This document shows positions 1-12,492 of a stretch of DNA of 64,000 bases, piece by piece. A program made the position numbers and the translations under genes. This stretch comes from Eledone cirrhosa (Eukaryota): contig OZ024742.1 of NCBI GenBank assembly GCA_964016885.1, positions 98,084,001-98,148,000 on the forward strand. The letters are read 5' to 3'. The notes beneath the pieces were generated by a model. That model saw only the letters and a program-made list of their open reading frames with translations. It did not search any database and had not been told where the DNA came from. Positions within the stretch are counted from its first letter, which is position 1, and every line of letters starts with the position of its first letter.

Positions 1-269
1 CTCGATCGGTGTTTTTCCCCATTTTGCATTTTCCATTTTCCTGTAAAGTGTTGCTCAATTTTATTTAGATTTTGCCTTAACCGCATTATGTCATTTCCAA
101 TGCAGCGTATCCACCATGGTTCTTTTATCTTACCCCCTTTGTCTTCATCAGGGCAATAGCTCGGATAAGGTTGTTATTATTATCATTATTGTTTTTATTA
201 TTATTCTTGTTATTATTATTATTATTATGAAGAAGAAGAAGAAGAAGAAGAAGAATATCATGTCTCAAC

Positions 270-585
270 ATCTTCTTTTGGAAAGGAATGACAGCCAGTT
301 TTCATCTGTCTGGTGGGTGAAAGTAGCGAGAATAGTCTGAATGAAGCACGTTACCATGTGTAGGAGTTCAGAGGGGAGAAACGTGCCCTCTTAGGGTGCT
401 CATGTAGGGTAGTGGGTTTAGTTCGCTGTGGTTCCTAAGTCCCCTTGGTTTGTACTCCCCATCATTGGGATATTGTATTGTTATGTATTTTATTATATTT
501 CTCTCTTGGTTTTATGTAAACAACTACTGTCTCCGTTTTTGTATTGTCCTTCGTGTTTCGGCCCTTGTGGTCAATAAATAAATAA
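270..585 (+). mobile_element. 3' end of an L1/Tx1-like LINE (ORF2 C-terminus remnant and 3' UTR)
   Basis: Peptide remnant LLERNDSQFSSVWWVKVARIV* is followed by a T-rich UTR ending in AATAAA next to an (ATT)n tract. The family call is from memory of Tx1-type C-termini. Confidence 0.35.
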
Positions 586-669
586 TTATTATTATTATTC
601 CTACTTATTTGCACAGTGATGATCTAATTTACTCTGGGTGATTTAATTGACTCCCTATCAAATTATGTA

Positions 670-1140
670 ACTTCAGATAGAGAGCACATTCCACAAGAGA
701 TTTTCTGTTTACAAAAGTTGATTTCTGCAATGTCGCAATGCTGGGGCCGATCTCAATTCTATCGAGATTTTTCTAGATGTTTTCTGCCACCGATTCAAGT
801 GACAATCACAATTGATACCACACTTGCTGTGATATTCCACATCATCACGACATATATTCTCAAGTCTATGTACTTTACGACTTTCTCATTTTCTTTGCCA
901 TTCAGGTAATGGTCTTCTGGGCGAGTTACATCGATCAACAAACATTTCATTTCACTACCTTTCTCCACCAAAGTTCTGTCCGGCCTTGTATTTTCCAGAA
1001 CTAAATTTCTGGATTGTAAAATCCCAGAAGTGCTTCATAGTCTGATTTTCTAGGACCTTCTCTGGTTTATGCTGATCCCATTTCTCAGTGTCTGCAAACC
1101 CATATTTCTTGCGAAAAGACAAATGGAGGTATAAACACAT
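670..1140 (-). mobile_element. Decayed 3' fragment of an R4/Dong-like LINE (restriction-like endonuclease domain)
   Basis: Minus-strand peptides KWDQHKPEKVLENQTMKHFWDFTIQ and KCLLIDVTRPEDHYLNGKENEKVVKYIDLR align by eye with KWYEHRPEAVMENSQVKVLWDFRIQ and SCLIVDVACPFGTIVQEKEREKINRYQDLK of the 5145-7259 ORF. An (ATT)n tract lies about 70 bp downstream. Confidence 0.8.
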
Positions 1141-1496
1141 TTTATCGGGAGGCCTTTTATATTTCCTCTTCACATTATAATTATTTATGTTGAAGTGATT
1201 GTTGCTGCTGTTTGATTTTGTAGTTATATAATTGTGTTTTGTCAATGGAAAATAGATGTACACTCAAGGATACGAAAAACTAACAGATTTTTACATAAAT
1301 TTTAGTCTCAGGAACATCAATCATTAACTCAGCATTAAAAAGAACAAAAAGGTTGTTTAATCGATATGAAGTTTAATATATAAATTGTGAAATGTTTTCT
1401 CCATTTTTTAAGGAAATTAATTCGTTTTCATTTCAGAATTTCTATATTTACTATTTTCCAAATCATGTTTTTTTTTTTTCCGTTAGTATTAATACT

Positions 1497-1655
1497 CGCA
1501 GGCATAGCTCTCTGGTAAGTAGTACATTTCGCAACCACGTGGTTTCAGGTTCAGTCAAACTGCTAGGCTTTTTTGGCAAGTCATTCCTTATATAGTCTCG
1601 GATGGACCAATGTCACCTGAATGGAATATGTTCGATGGAAATTGGAGAAGTCCTT
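1497..1655 (+). mobile_element. Decayed tRNA-derived SINE (second family)
   Basis: A-box-like TAGCTCTCTGG and B-box-like GGTTCAGTC; the element ends at (TA)n. Confidence 0.45.
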
Positions 1656-1799
1656 CATATATATATATATATATATAACTCTAAGGTAAAAGACTAATTG
1701 TCAACAATATCTTTTGCATTTGCATTCTTTATTCTATGTCCATACCTGCATTGTTTTGGCTTTATTATACATATACAAACGTTTATACCTCATTACAAA

Positions 1800-4372
1800 G
1801 TGCTTCAAGTGAATAATAACCTCCTCCTTTCCTTACGCCTGAGCCAGGCCCAGTTCACAACTGTAAAGAAACTCATCCAGCTATCTGAAAAGCGCGCCAA
1901 AGCCGACTGCCAAATAAACTTCCTAAAACGATGCCTGAATAACAACATCATCCCCAAAACTATCAACAATTTGCACCTACCAACATGCCTCAAATCACCA
2001 GGCCTCAAACGATCACTTAGTTACATACAAAAATTTTGCCTAAGAAAACTCATACAACACCTAAACCTCACGCTACAACAACACATACGGACTATTTCCA
2101 GCCTTGTACCACAACTCGCTGAAACCCCAGAACCTCTGTCCAGAGTCATCTCCGCCACTATAGACAGGTCATACCACCATCGCCGAGACTACGAGAAAAT
2201 ACGTCTAACGCAAACATTTCTCAAACTCAGGACGGCCAACTGTCTTAACAACATCCCAACTCTAAACACCAACAGAGGCGAACAAGACGGTACCAACACC
2301 GAACCTAGCGGCGCCCCGACCAACAACACACCTGACGCAAAACACCTCGTCACACACTTGACAGGATCCCACTCCCGAGAGGAATTAGACCTCCTCAGCC
2401 TGGGTCCCAAGTTTATATTGAAACAGAGACTGAACGACAAATTATGGCTCGACATAGAAACGAATTTCTGTCGGGCTGCCTACCAACTAAAATGGATATC
2501 GACTCTCGGCCACAACACCACGGAATCTATCAAACCCAGATTCCCGATATACCAACTGGATCGCCCACTCTATCCATCGCCTGCCAACCGCGAGCTTGAA
2601 AAAAAAAACTCTTGAGGCTAAAACATTCCGTATTTAACATCTTACGGAAACAGAAGAAGATAGCCCCAAACCTCTCCAGGACACAACAACTCGCCCTGAA
2701 GAACCTACGGAATAGGGAACTTATATACTTACCATCCGACAAAGGTAAAGAGTTTGCGTCATCTCTCAAGCCACATACAACAACCTAGTCTTTGAACACC
2801 TAAGCGACAATGAATTATACACAGAGATCCCGGACATGACTGCAGCCCAGATCGAAAAGCAGACCAACTCCATCTGGTTCGATATCTGTAGGAGAAGACA
2901 ACTCCCAAATAAAGTTAAGCTCAACTACACCACTAGAAATAGCAGACTGCCCACTTTCTACCACCTCATCAAGACCCACAAGAATAGTACTAAGACGCAA
3001 ATAAGACCCATCGTCTCTAGCATAGAAGGACCCTATACACAATTTCCTGGCTCCTCTCCCAGGTCCTCAAGCCTCTACTCTCCAGCTTTCCCGAGCATGT
3101 CAGTAGCTCCGACGAAGTTATACGTAGACTACATCAACTCCAGCCAGAACAACTTAAACTAAATAAATACGCCTTTAGCCTCGACGTTGTCTCCCTCTAC
3201 ACTACAGTCCCCGCTCATCCAGCTGTCGATTTATTGACGGACTCCGTGGACGCAGAGGACATCCACTGCTACGGCCTCCACCCGACGGACATACACCAGC
3301 TTTTGTCCTTCACAGTAGACAACACGTACTTCACCTTCCACCACCACACATACAGACAGATAACATGATTACCCATGGGATCCAGCCTATCGGGCCTGCT
3401 GGCCATCACCTACAATAACCAGCTAGAATGCCGAGCTCTCAACACCTGCCATTCCCATACCTTCTTCATCCGATACGTAGATGACATACTCATCCTTACA
3501 TCATCCCGTGAGGAGGTAGATAAAATATACACAACATTCTCCAGCATGGACGCCAGTATAAAGTTCAGCATGGAACACCCCGATGACCGCGGATCCCTAT
3601 CCCTACTGGACTTCCAACTCAGGGTAACAGAGGAAGGCAACATCCACACCCGCTTCTATAAAAAAAGCCGCCAGCAGGGACCTGTTCGTACATTTAAGAT
3701 CGGCCCTCCCACTCGGTGCCAAGTTCGGATACATAAGGAACGAACTGGCACGTATCCGGAACAAATGCACTGATGCTAGAGACCGAGACACACACACCAC
3801 ACATTTCCTGGAAGTACTCAAACTGAACGGATACACGACATCCACCACAAACCGTGCCAGAAAGAACAGAGGACACCACACCCGAGGCACTAACACTTGC
3901 TTCCTGAAGCTCCCACACTTCAGTGAAGAAACAACAACAGCCATCCGCAGAGCTATCAGACGAAAGGGACTAGATATCCAACTGGCCCACCCAGGTCCTT
4001 CTCAACGCGGACACCTAACCAAAAGACACTCCACCAGACATGACAACTGCTGCAGACTAGCCAACTGCCCCATCAACGACACAGACCCATGCCACCAGGC
4101 TTACGTCGTATACAGACTAGAGTGTGACAAACGCAACAACTTCTACGTAGGTAGCACCACCAGACCACTCTACATAATAATAAAAGAACACCTCAATACT
4201 AACGCTTCCTCATTTAAGAAACACCTAGTTAAATGCAAAAACACCGACAAAACCATAACAGTTAGGATAGAAATTAAGGAAAGAAACCTCGGCAATCTTA
4301 GAATTAAGGAAGCACTAATTATAGATAAAACACATCCACCAATCAATAATAGACTAGAACTCAACACCCAAT
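1800..4372 (+). pseudogene. Disrupted PLE ORF (N-terminal domain, RT, GIY-YIG endonuclease)
   Basis: Track ORFs 1698-2615, 2836-3162 and 3375-3773 are pieces of one reading frame broken by frameshifts (e.g. A-runs at ~2599-2609 and ~3660-3666) and an in-frame TGA at ~3367. Confidence 0.88.
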
Positions 4373-4783
4373 GTATAACCTGATAGAGCTTCTAGCCCCA
4401 TATTTACACCCACCCCCACACCCACACGCACGCACGCACACACACACACACGCTTACACCACTTATTCTTTCTCACACATACACACACAAAACCAATTTC
4501 TAACACCAGATAACACCTATCCCCCACATTTACGAATATACATATCTTCTAACACTCACACACACACACTCACATACTTACACCTTCATACATTCTCCCA
4601 CACACTTAAACAGGCATGTAAAAAAAAACAAAAAAACAAAAGCAAACCCCTTTTAAAGGGAGACTACTCTTTATCCACCTAATTTTAACTCTTTGACATT
4701 AGAGATAGAACAGATACTCCATACCATTTCCTGTCAGCATGACTTGGCAAGCTATTTAGAACAGTGGTTTGAGAACTTTACTT

Positions 4784-4820
4784 CCCTCTGAAGAAGAGAT
4801 ATTATCTCGAAAATTAAGGA
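4784..4820 (+). ncRNA. Minimal, possibly decayed hammerhead motif just upstream of the PLE 3' terminal repeat
   Basis: CCT-CTGAAGA-A-GAGAT(att)ATCTC-GAAA-AT-TA-AGG. Stem III is only AATT, so it could form only in a dimer. Confidence 0.5.
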
Positions 4821-4933
4821 CATTTAAATAAATCTTAGGTAAAAGACTAATTGTCAACAATATCTTTTGATTTTGCATTCTTTATTCTATGTCCATACCT
4901 GCATTGTGTTGGCTTTATTATACATATACAAAC

Positions 4934-5017
<84 letters not shown>

Positions 5018-5070
5018 TAAAATAACAGATTATTATTATTATTATTATTATTATTATTGTTATTGTTATT

Positions 5071-8000
5071 CCTTGAATCTCAGTCATTGATGTTGGTTAA
5101 CTGGAAAGTCCGTTGGATTGAATATCAAGCCATTACCTGCAGCCTCAGATATTCAGGACGTATCGGAGGGTTCTTGCCGTTCCAAGCAAGCATGCCTTTT
5201 GAAGCGTTCCAAAAAGCGTGAAGGGGCCGATTTTCTTTAACCATCCCTGGAAACCTTTGGAGATAGTCCCCAGTGCGCCTATGACAATCGGGATCACTTT
5301 GACTTCATGGCAGTTCCAAATCCTTTTCACCTCCCACTTTAGGTCCTGGTATCGGTTAATTTTCTCCCTCTCCTTCTCTTGCACTATCGTGCCGAACGGG
5401 CAGGCCACATCCACAATCAGGCACGATCTTTTTTCTTTGTCCACAACCACCAGGTCAGGTCTATTGTGTTCCAGTTTTTTGTCCGTCTGTATCCTAAAAT
5501 CCCACAGCACCTTCACCTGACTGTTCTCCATCACCGCCTCTGGCCTATGCTCATACCATTTCTCAGAATGTGGTAGATTGTTTACTTTGCACAGGTGCCA
5601 GTGGATCACCCTGCCCATCACATCGTGTCTCCAGCCCTTATAGTGGGTCTGGGCTAGGTGTTTACACTCGGACACAATGTGAGCCACAGTCTCCTCTCTC
5701 TCTCCACAGATCCTGCACAGTGGGCTAGCCTCCTCCTTGTAGATATGGTGCTTCAACCACTTCGTTTTGAGGGCCTGCTCCTGCGCAGCCATTAGCATTC
5801 CTTCTGTAGCCTTTTTGAGGTCTCCTCTTCTCAACCAGTTCCATGTCTGTGGATCTCTAAATTCAGTTTTCTCAAAGAAGGTACTATGAAGGGATTTTCC
5901 CTTAAGGCTGCTCTTCCTCCTTGATGTTATTTCCTCCTTGGATATCCCCTGGCCTACTGTCCCCTCCTTCAGTACAGCTCTGAGCATTGGCTCCTTACTA
6001 TAGGTCACGTATTTGTATAGGTTGTTTTTCTCCATCTGAACACAGTCCTCTATGCTGATAAGACCTCTTCCACCCTCAGATCTCCTTAGGTAGAGTCTAT
6101 CGACATCACTCCTCTTGTGGAACATGTTGTAGATAGTCAATAGCTTCCTAGTCTTCCTATCCATTTCTTTTTGTTCAGCAACATTCCATCTCAGAATTCC
6201 CGCACTGTACCTAATAATAGACACAGCTCGGGAATTTACTGCGCTTATGGCATTTCTGCTGTTCAGATGTGACTTCAATACGCTCCTTACTCTCCGAATG
6301 TATTCAGTTCTTAACAATTCCTTCATTTTTTTGTTCTTTATGCCATCAGCCTCCAGAACGCGCAAATACTTGTATCCTTCCTCAGAGTCAATTTCCTTTA
6401 TCATCTCACCTGTTGGTATCTGGATCCCGTTACTTCTGCTCAACCTATCCCTCCTCATCACAATGACTCCACATTTACCAATACCAAACTGCATACATAT
6501 ATCACTGCTGAAAATACGGACAGTGTCAACAAGCACATCCAACTCCTTCTCACTTTTCCCGAAGAGCTTAAGATCGTCCATGAAGAGGAGGTGATTGATG
6601 GTAAGCTCTCCCCTTCCCAACTTGTATCCTGCTCTCACTTTTCGCAGCATAATGGTCAAGGGCATCAGGGCAAGGACAAACAACAGAGGGGACAGGCTAT
6701 CTCCCTGGAAGATACCTCTCTTGATCTTCACGCTTCCCAAGGATACTCCAGTTGATGTCAACTCTGTCTCCCAGGACCCCATACTCCTGCCTAGCAACTG
6801 TCTGATGTTATCTGCCACCCTGAAGATCTCCAGGCTTTTGGTGATCCAGGAATGAGGGACCATGTCAAATGCCTTTCTGTAGTCTATCCATCCCATGGCA
6901 AGATCAGTGTGTCTCCTCCTGCAATTCCCCATTACCATCTTATCAATAAGCAACTGGTCCTTTGTACCACGTGACTTCATTCGGCATCCTTTCTGTTCGT
7001 CCGGTAACAAGTTGTTTGTGTGGAGGTGATGGTAGATTTCCTCAGACACAATGCTCGTCAACAGTTTCCACATGACGGGCAGACAAGTGATAGGTCTATA
7101 GTTGGTAACATCATTACCCTTGATTCGGTCTTTCATTATCAGAACTGTGGTACCTTTTGTCAACCACTCTGGCACCTCACCCGACACCAAGCAGTCATTG
7201 AACATGGCCGTCAGCTTCGGGTGGAGGGATGTTAAATGTTTAATCCAATACCCCTGCACACCATCTGGGCCTGGTGATTTCCAGTTGGTTATTTTTTGGC
7301 TTGCCCCTTAAGAGTTTCAACTGTGATACTCAAATCAGTCTGTTGTTGTGCCTGCTCACCGATCTCCCTCTGTACTGTCTCAATCCACCCTGCCTGGGCA
7401 TTGTGTCTAACATCCTGCTCCCATATTCCTCTCCAGAATGTTTTAGCTTGTTCCGCCCCAGGGATCAAGTCGTTGCCTCTTTCTTTCCCCTCAAGCTGTC
7501 CAAACAGCATCTTCTGGTTGTTGTCGAACATGCGGTTCTGTTTATACTGACTGACTCTGTTCTCGTATCGCCTGATTTTGGCACTCTTTGCTACAATGCG
7601 TTGCTTCAATTCCTCTATGATAATATTTAGCTTTTTACTCCTAGTTTTGTATTTTATTTCCAGTCTATTTTTAGTGCCTATGTTTTTTAGTGTCCCATTC
7701 AGTAGTGCCTCAAGCTTTCCTATGTCATTTCTCATTTCCCCGATTTGCCCACTCAGTCGCTTCTTCCACCACGGCTCTGCTCTTTCTTGTCTGTTGTTTC
7801 CTCTCGCTTTTATACCAAGTAGTTTCCTCACCGTATTTGCTGTTGCTTTGAGGATATTGTTGCACTGGTGAAGACTCCTCGCCTCAAGGTATGGGATGAC
7901 TTTGTTTACCTTAGCTGTTGTTTCTTTTAACTTTTTCCTGTCTACAAATCTTAGGTTCATAGGTCTCCCACTATCATTGTTCAACTCATCTACCACTAAA

Positions 8001-8680
8001 TTTAGGATGTCAACCGAATCTTGTCCTAGCCCGTCAGCATTCATCTCCTCAGTGGCCGTATCTCTGTTCCAGGTATTATTTATCTCAGTATTCAGATCAT
8101 TGTCTGCTTCGGGTGGTTCCTCCGTTCTCAGGACCTCCTCACCTTCATTTCCCGCCGGCTCGCTTGTCTGGCATACTACACCCGCCATCTCCAAGCCATT
8201 CTCTCTGCTCAGTTCCTCCAGTTCCAGCTCGCTTATCCACCCATTAGTTCTTATTACCCGAGCCTGCCCGGCCAATTTTTGTTCATCTAATTTAAATAAA
8301 CCAATCTCGTTCCAGATGTTATGCATCCGTCTCCTGTAGCCCCTCTCCTTGGGGTTACTTTTCAGGTAGCATTGCATAACAGTTCTATTCAATTCTTTCG
8401 TCCAGTTGGTTCTGGCCCCTTTCCTTCTTCTTCTTCCCCCAACATCAGCAGTATTTGGTTGACAGTCAGGTTCCTGCTGCTGAGCCAGGGGGCACCTGTT
8501 GGGTGAGAGTCTGTCACATGACGTTCTAGTCTCCATTTCACCGTTATTCGAACTGTTTATGTTCGATATTTAAACACTCTTATCGAGGATTGGCGAATGT
8601 ATGTTTACATAGCCATCTGTGGATCCGCCATTCCACTTGGCCCTTGTGTGGCATTATCACCACGCTGTATACGGACACAC

Positions 8681-8681
<1 letters not shown>
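5071..8681 (-). mobile_element. Near-intact R4/Dong-clade non-LTR retrotransposon inserted in a (TAA)n microsatellite
   Basis: (TTA)n lies on both sides (5029-5070 and 8682-8730). One long coding region carries RT, CCHC and restriction-like endonuclease domains. Dong elements are known to target (TAA)n. Confidence 0.92.
5145..8536 (-). pseudogene. RT-CCHC-REL ORF of ~1130 aa split by a single frameshift at ~7290
   Basis: Adding one A to the A6 run (T6 at 7292-7297) joins the 415 aa and 704 aa ORFs as AKKITNWKSPGPDGVQGYW. Motifs: YRPITCL, DYRKAFD, QGDSLSPLLF, LFMDDLKL, CRICGEREETVAHIVSEC, RHD, PDLVVVD, KINRY. Confidence 0.93.
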
Positions 8682-8730
<49 letters not shown>

Positions 8731-8732
8731 GC

Positions 8733-8763
<31 letters not shown>

Positions 8764-8898
8764 ATAATAATACTATTTATAATTATGTATATAGTATAAA
8801 CAACTATAAAAAGGAAGGCCAGTAATTTCTTAATTACCTTATTACCAGTAAGAGAAATAGCTCAATGTATGAACATCAGTTGTTTTACGGAGCAGGAA

Positions 8899-9992
8899 AA
8901 TAAATACATTATACAATTATCAAAGTTGTGTTCAAATCATTTAATAGCTGACAATGGTTTCTTCCAAACTCTCGTTTGGAATCATCGGAGCATTATGAAT
9001 GTTTGCACATATAATTAACTTCCTATTCAACTGAACAATAATATAGATACATATAAATTGATGTTGTGAGCAACAGTTTCGTATTTACAGGGTGTAATTG
9101 ATGTGACATATATTCTACGAGAATTGTACACTAATTCAAGTTCAAATTCAAATTCAAATTAAATTAAAATCTAAAGAACAGAGTGGAATACATGCAACAG
9201 TTAAACAAGGGAATATCCCAAATATTAAAGAGGCATTGAGGAGATAGTTTTGACAAAGGAAGAGTGCAATAACAATTCATATGCAGGCGTATGGATAGTG
9301 TAACAGCGTAAGTCATATACATGAGGAGGAGACAATCAAAGCTCTTATGCATATATAGATGAATAAATACTGCACTTTAAGTAAATATGTTAATGTATTA
9401 GAATCTATGGTGGATGTTGAATGTTGGTGGTGTTCGAATTAATGTGTGTTGAGAAACATACAGTTTTTGCAGACTTTTCCATGACATTTTTAATTAAATT
9501 TTAGTTATTGTTTACATTGAATGTTTTAAGTTAGTTAGAGCAATGGATTGTAAATTAGTCTTAATGAATTCATATTCATAGACTATATTTGATCAACCGT
9601 TAAATTTTCAATCGTTAATTTCCGTAAGTGAATAAGGGAAGCTAATGCGTAAGGGGAGGTAACTAGCTAATTATGTTCAATTCAGTTATTAAACTTCTTT
9701 GTTCTAATACACAATATAATGTGATACCATTGGATCTCTGTTACATAACGCTGTATATGTATGTCTGATTTTAAATACAGTGTATTCTATTATCATACAT
9801 TAAATGTCTCTTTAGATTGTTTTCTATTCATTACTGGACAAGGTATATGTTATGAAGGTTTATACAGCTGTTAATATGTCATAGTAGATAGGTATGTGTA
9901 ATAATGGTACATGTGTAATAATAAAGTTTGGAAGAAACGATTGTCAGCTATTAAATGATTTGAACACAACTTTGATAATTGTATAATGTATT

Positions 9993-9996
<4 letters not shown>
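8899..9996 (-). mobile_element. 5'-truncated PLE-type insertion with an inverted terminal repeat
   Basis: 8899-8970 is the reverse complement of 9925-9996 apart from one mismatch. An HHR lies at 8942-8996 and the right end abuts (TA)n. Confidence 0.75.
8942..8996 (-). ncRNA. Type I hammerhead ribozyme (U4C core variant)
   Basis: Minus strand: TAATGCT-CCGATGA-TTCCAAAC(GAGA)GTTTGGAA-GAAAC(CATT)GTC-AGCTATTA. Perfect 8-bp stem II; GUC site. Confidence 0.75.
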
Positions 9997-10070
<74 letters not shown>

Positions 10071-10074
<4 letters not shown>

Positions 10075-10244
10075 AAAAAGAGATGAAATCGAAAATGCAA
10101 CTGGAGTCTTATTTTTTTTAATAATATATATATTTTTAAAAAAAATAAGACTCCAGTTGCATTTTCGATTTCATCTCTTTTTCTTTATACTTTCACTCGT
10201 GTAGGACACCTCGGTTATTTTTCATTTTGTAAAAAAAACCTCAC

Positions 10245-10253
<9 letters not shown>
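10071..10253. repeat. Long near-perfect hairpin element between two (TA)n tracts
   Basis: 10071-~10120 is the reverse complement of ~10137-10186. The same family occurs inverted at ~12996-13100. Confidence 0.8.
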
Positions 10254-10309
<56 letters not shown>

Positions 10310-11046
10310 TGTGTGTCTATTTCTATTCTTATGTCATATAATGTAGTATTCAAACGAAATTGAGATCGGTAAAATGAGATTCAGACTATAATATATGTAT
10401 CATGATTGATACGCTCGACTATATCATTGCGGTGCTCCAGCGTGGCTGCAGTCTAATGTTTTAAATATGTTGATGAAGAAAAGAATGCGCTTTTTTGTTT
10501 AGATATTTTTGAAAAGAAAATTATTTAAAAAAAATTAATTGTAAATGTTATATTAGGAAAATATTTTATTTTTATGTTTTGGTAAAATGTTTGAAAATAG
10601 AATTATGTTAAAGGGAACATGTTAAAAATATAATAAATTTCAAATGTAATTTTTATAGGATAATCTTTAAATTTATAACGATTCTCATATTTATTTCTGT
10701 AATTTTTGTATTTCATCCTATGCTGGAAATGTAACATCTGTAGAACAGTTTTTGTTTCTTGCTTCTTGTCTCAGACAGCATCTTGCTGATTCTGTTATTC
10801 TCCTACAACATATATTTATAAAATGATGTATGTATGTTGGTATGTATATATGTATGTAGGTATATATGTATATATGTATGTATGTATGTACGTCTGGACA
10901 TATTTTTATTTGTAAATATATATATATATATATATGTGTTATGTATATATATATGGCGGTGCCCCAAAATGGCCTCAGCCTATCGGCTGCAACACATGAA
11001 GGCGTTATATACATAGTCACACACACACACATATACATACATATAT

Positions 11047-11114
<68 letters not shown>

Positions 11115-11187
11115 AAAATTAATTTAAATTAAGGGTGTCATGTCAGGTAGACATGCGGCATATCTCCCGTAAATATATATATATGTA

Positions 11188-11263
<76 letters not shown>

Positions 11264-11312
11264 TATAGTAAAAAATGAAAGCGAAACGAGAGAGATAGGT
11301 AGGGATGCATCA

Positions 11313-11435
<123 letters not shown>

Positions 11436-11532
11436 TTGGGATAGGCTTACGACGCAGATCAAAAGGTCAGCTGAAAGCATCGTGCATAAAAAAGATTTGA
11501 CGTTGGAATTTAACATGCGCAAAACAGTAATA

Positions 11533-12258
11533 TTCTTACAATAAAATAGCTCTAGGAAAGTAATTTTTCCGAGCCGTATATTATAATTGAATATAAAAGA
11601 AAAACGAACACAGATATATACATATATGTGTTCAAATCGTAATTATAATATACGGCTCTGAAAAATCTCTTTCCTAGAACTATTTTTTTGTAAGAGACTA
11701 TTTTGAGTTTCTAACACAATATATACCTTTGATATATTCGGCTTCGTTGATTTGTTGAACTAATTTAAATGTCGAATAAAGCTGGCTGCTAGTTTTAGTG
11801 ATGTAATTTTGTGAGACACGCTAAGTTTAGATACCATGTGCGTTATTATATATACGCACACTGTTCAGTTTTTTAATATACTTAGAAGTGTCTAGGATAC
11901 TAATTCTTCACTCACTGATGAGCAAGAAAGAATTGGCATTCCTATTCGCAATTAATTTTGCGAAACAGCAGTACCAAAAGCTGTCAGGGTGATTGGTAGT
12001 TACCACAATTCCGGTTTGTATTTATTTTCTTGATTTATTCTTAAATTGAGTCAGGCAAACCCTATTGTCTATAGTTAGTATTCTTTTCACCTTAGCAAAT
12101 CTGGTCCCTTACGATTTCAACACATATATGTATATATCTGTGTTCGTTTTTCTTTTATAATCAATTATAATATACGGCTCGGAAAAATCTCTTTCCTAGA
12201 GGTATTTTATTGTAAGAGACTATTTTGAGTTTCTAACTCAATATATACCTTTGATATA
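11533..12258 (+). mobile_element. HHR-bearing non-coding element (retrozyme or PLE-derived): inverted arm plus partial tandem
   Basis: 11641-11735 is repeated directly at 12164-12258 (period ~523 nt). 11533-11642 is inverted relative to ~12109-12218. An HHR lies at 11908-11992. Confidence 0.8.
11908..11992 (+). ncRNA. Type I hammerhead ribozyme
   Basis: TCACTCA-CTGATGA-GCAA..TTGC-GAAACAGC(agtaccaaaa)GCTGTC-AGGGTGA. Core intact; A.A mismatch at the first pair of stem I. Confidence 0.85.
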
Positions 12259-12445
12259 ATATATCAAATAGAAAGAGAAATAAAAAGTGAAAAGAAATAT
12301 ATTTTTCATCCTAATAATCGTCTCTTTCTCCCTGTTTTCATATATATATATATATATATATATATGTAAGTATGTATGTATACGTACATACATATATGCA
12401 TACAGACGTACAGTAGCATGTATATATATATACATACAGGCACAC

Positions 12446-12492
<47 letters not shown>

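Larger units (their letters stand above)
1678..4938 (+). mobile_element. Full-length Penelope-like retroelement (RT + GIY-YIG), frameshifted, with terminal direct repeats
   Basis: A ~110 bp direct repeat occurs at 1678-1788 and 4831-4938, with (TA)n on both flanks. RT motifs in shifting frames: PSDKG, RLPTFYHLIKTHK, RPIVSS, FSLDVVSLYT, MGSSLSGLLA, RYVDDILIL. GIY-YIG: VVYRLECDKRNNFYVGSTTRPL..IKEH at ~4104-4190. Confidence 0.93.

Noticed and set aside
5218-8506. Plus-strand ORFs overlapping the Dong-like element
   Set aside because: They are antisense shadows of the long minus-strand ORF.
8537-8681. HDV-like ribozyme in the 5' UTR of the R4/Dong element
   Set aside because: A TCCTCG motif is present on the element strand, but I could not build the P1/P3/P1.1 pairing by eye. 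A descriptor search would be needed.
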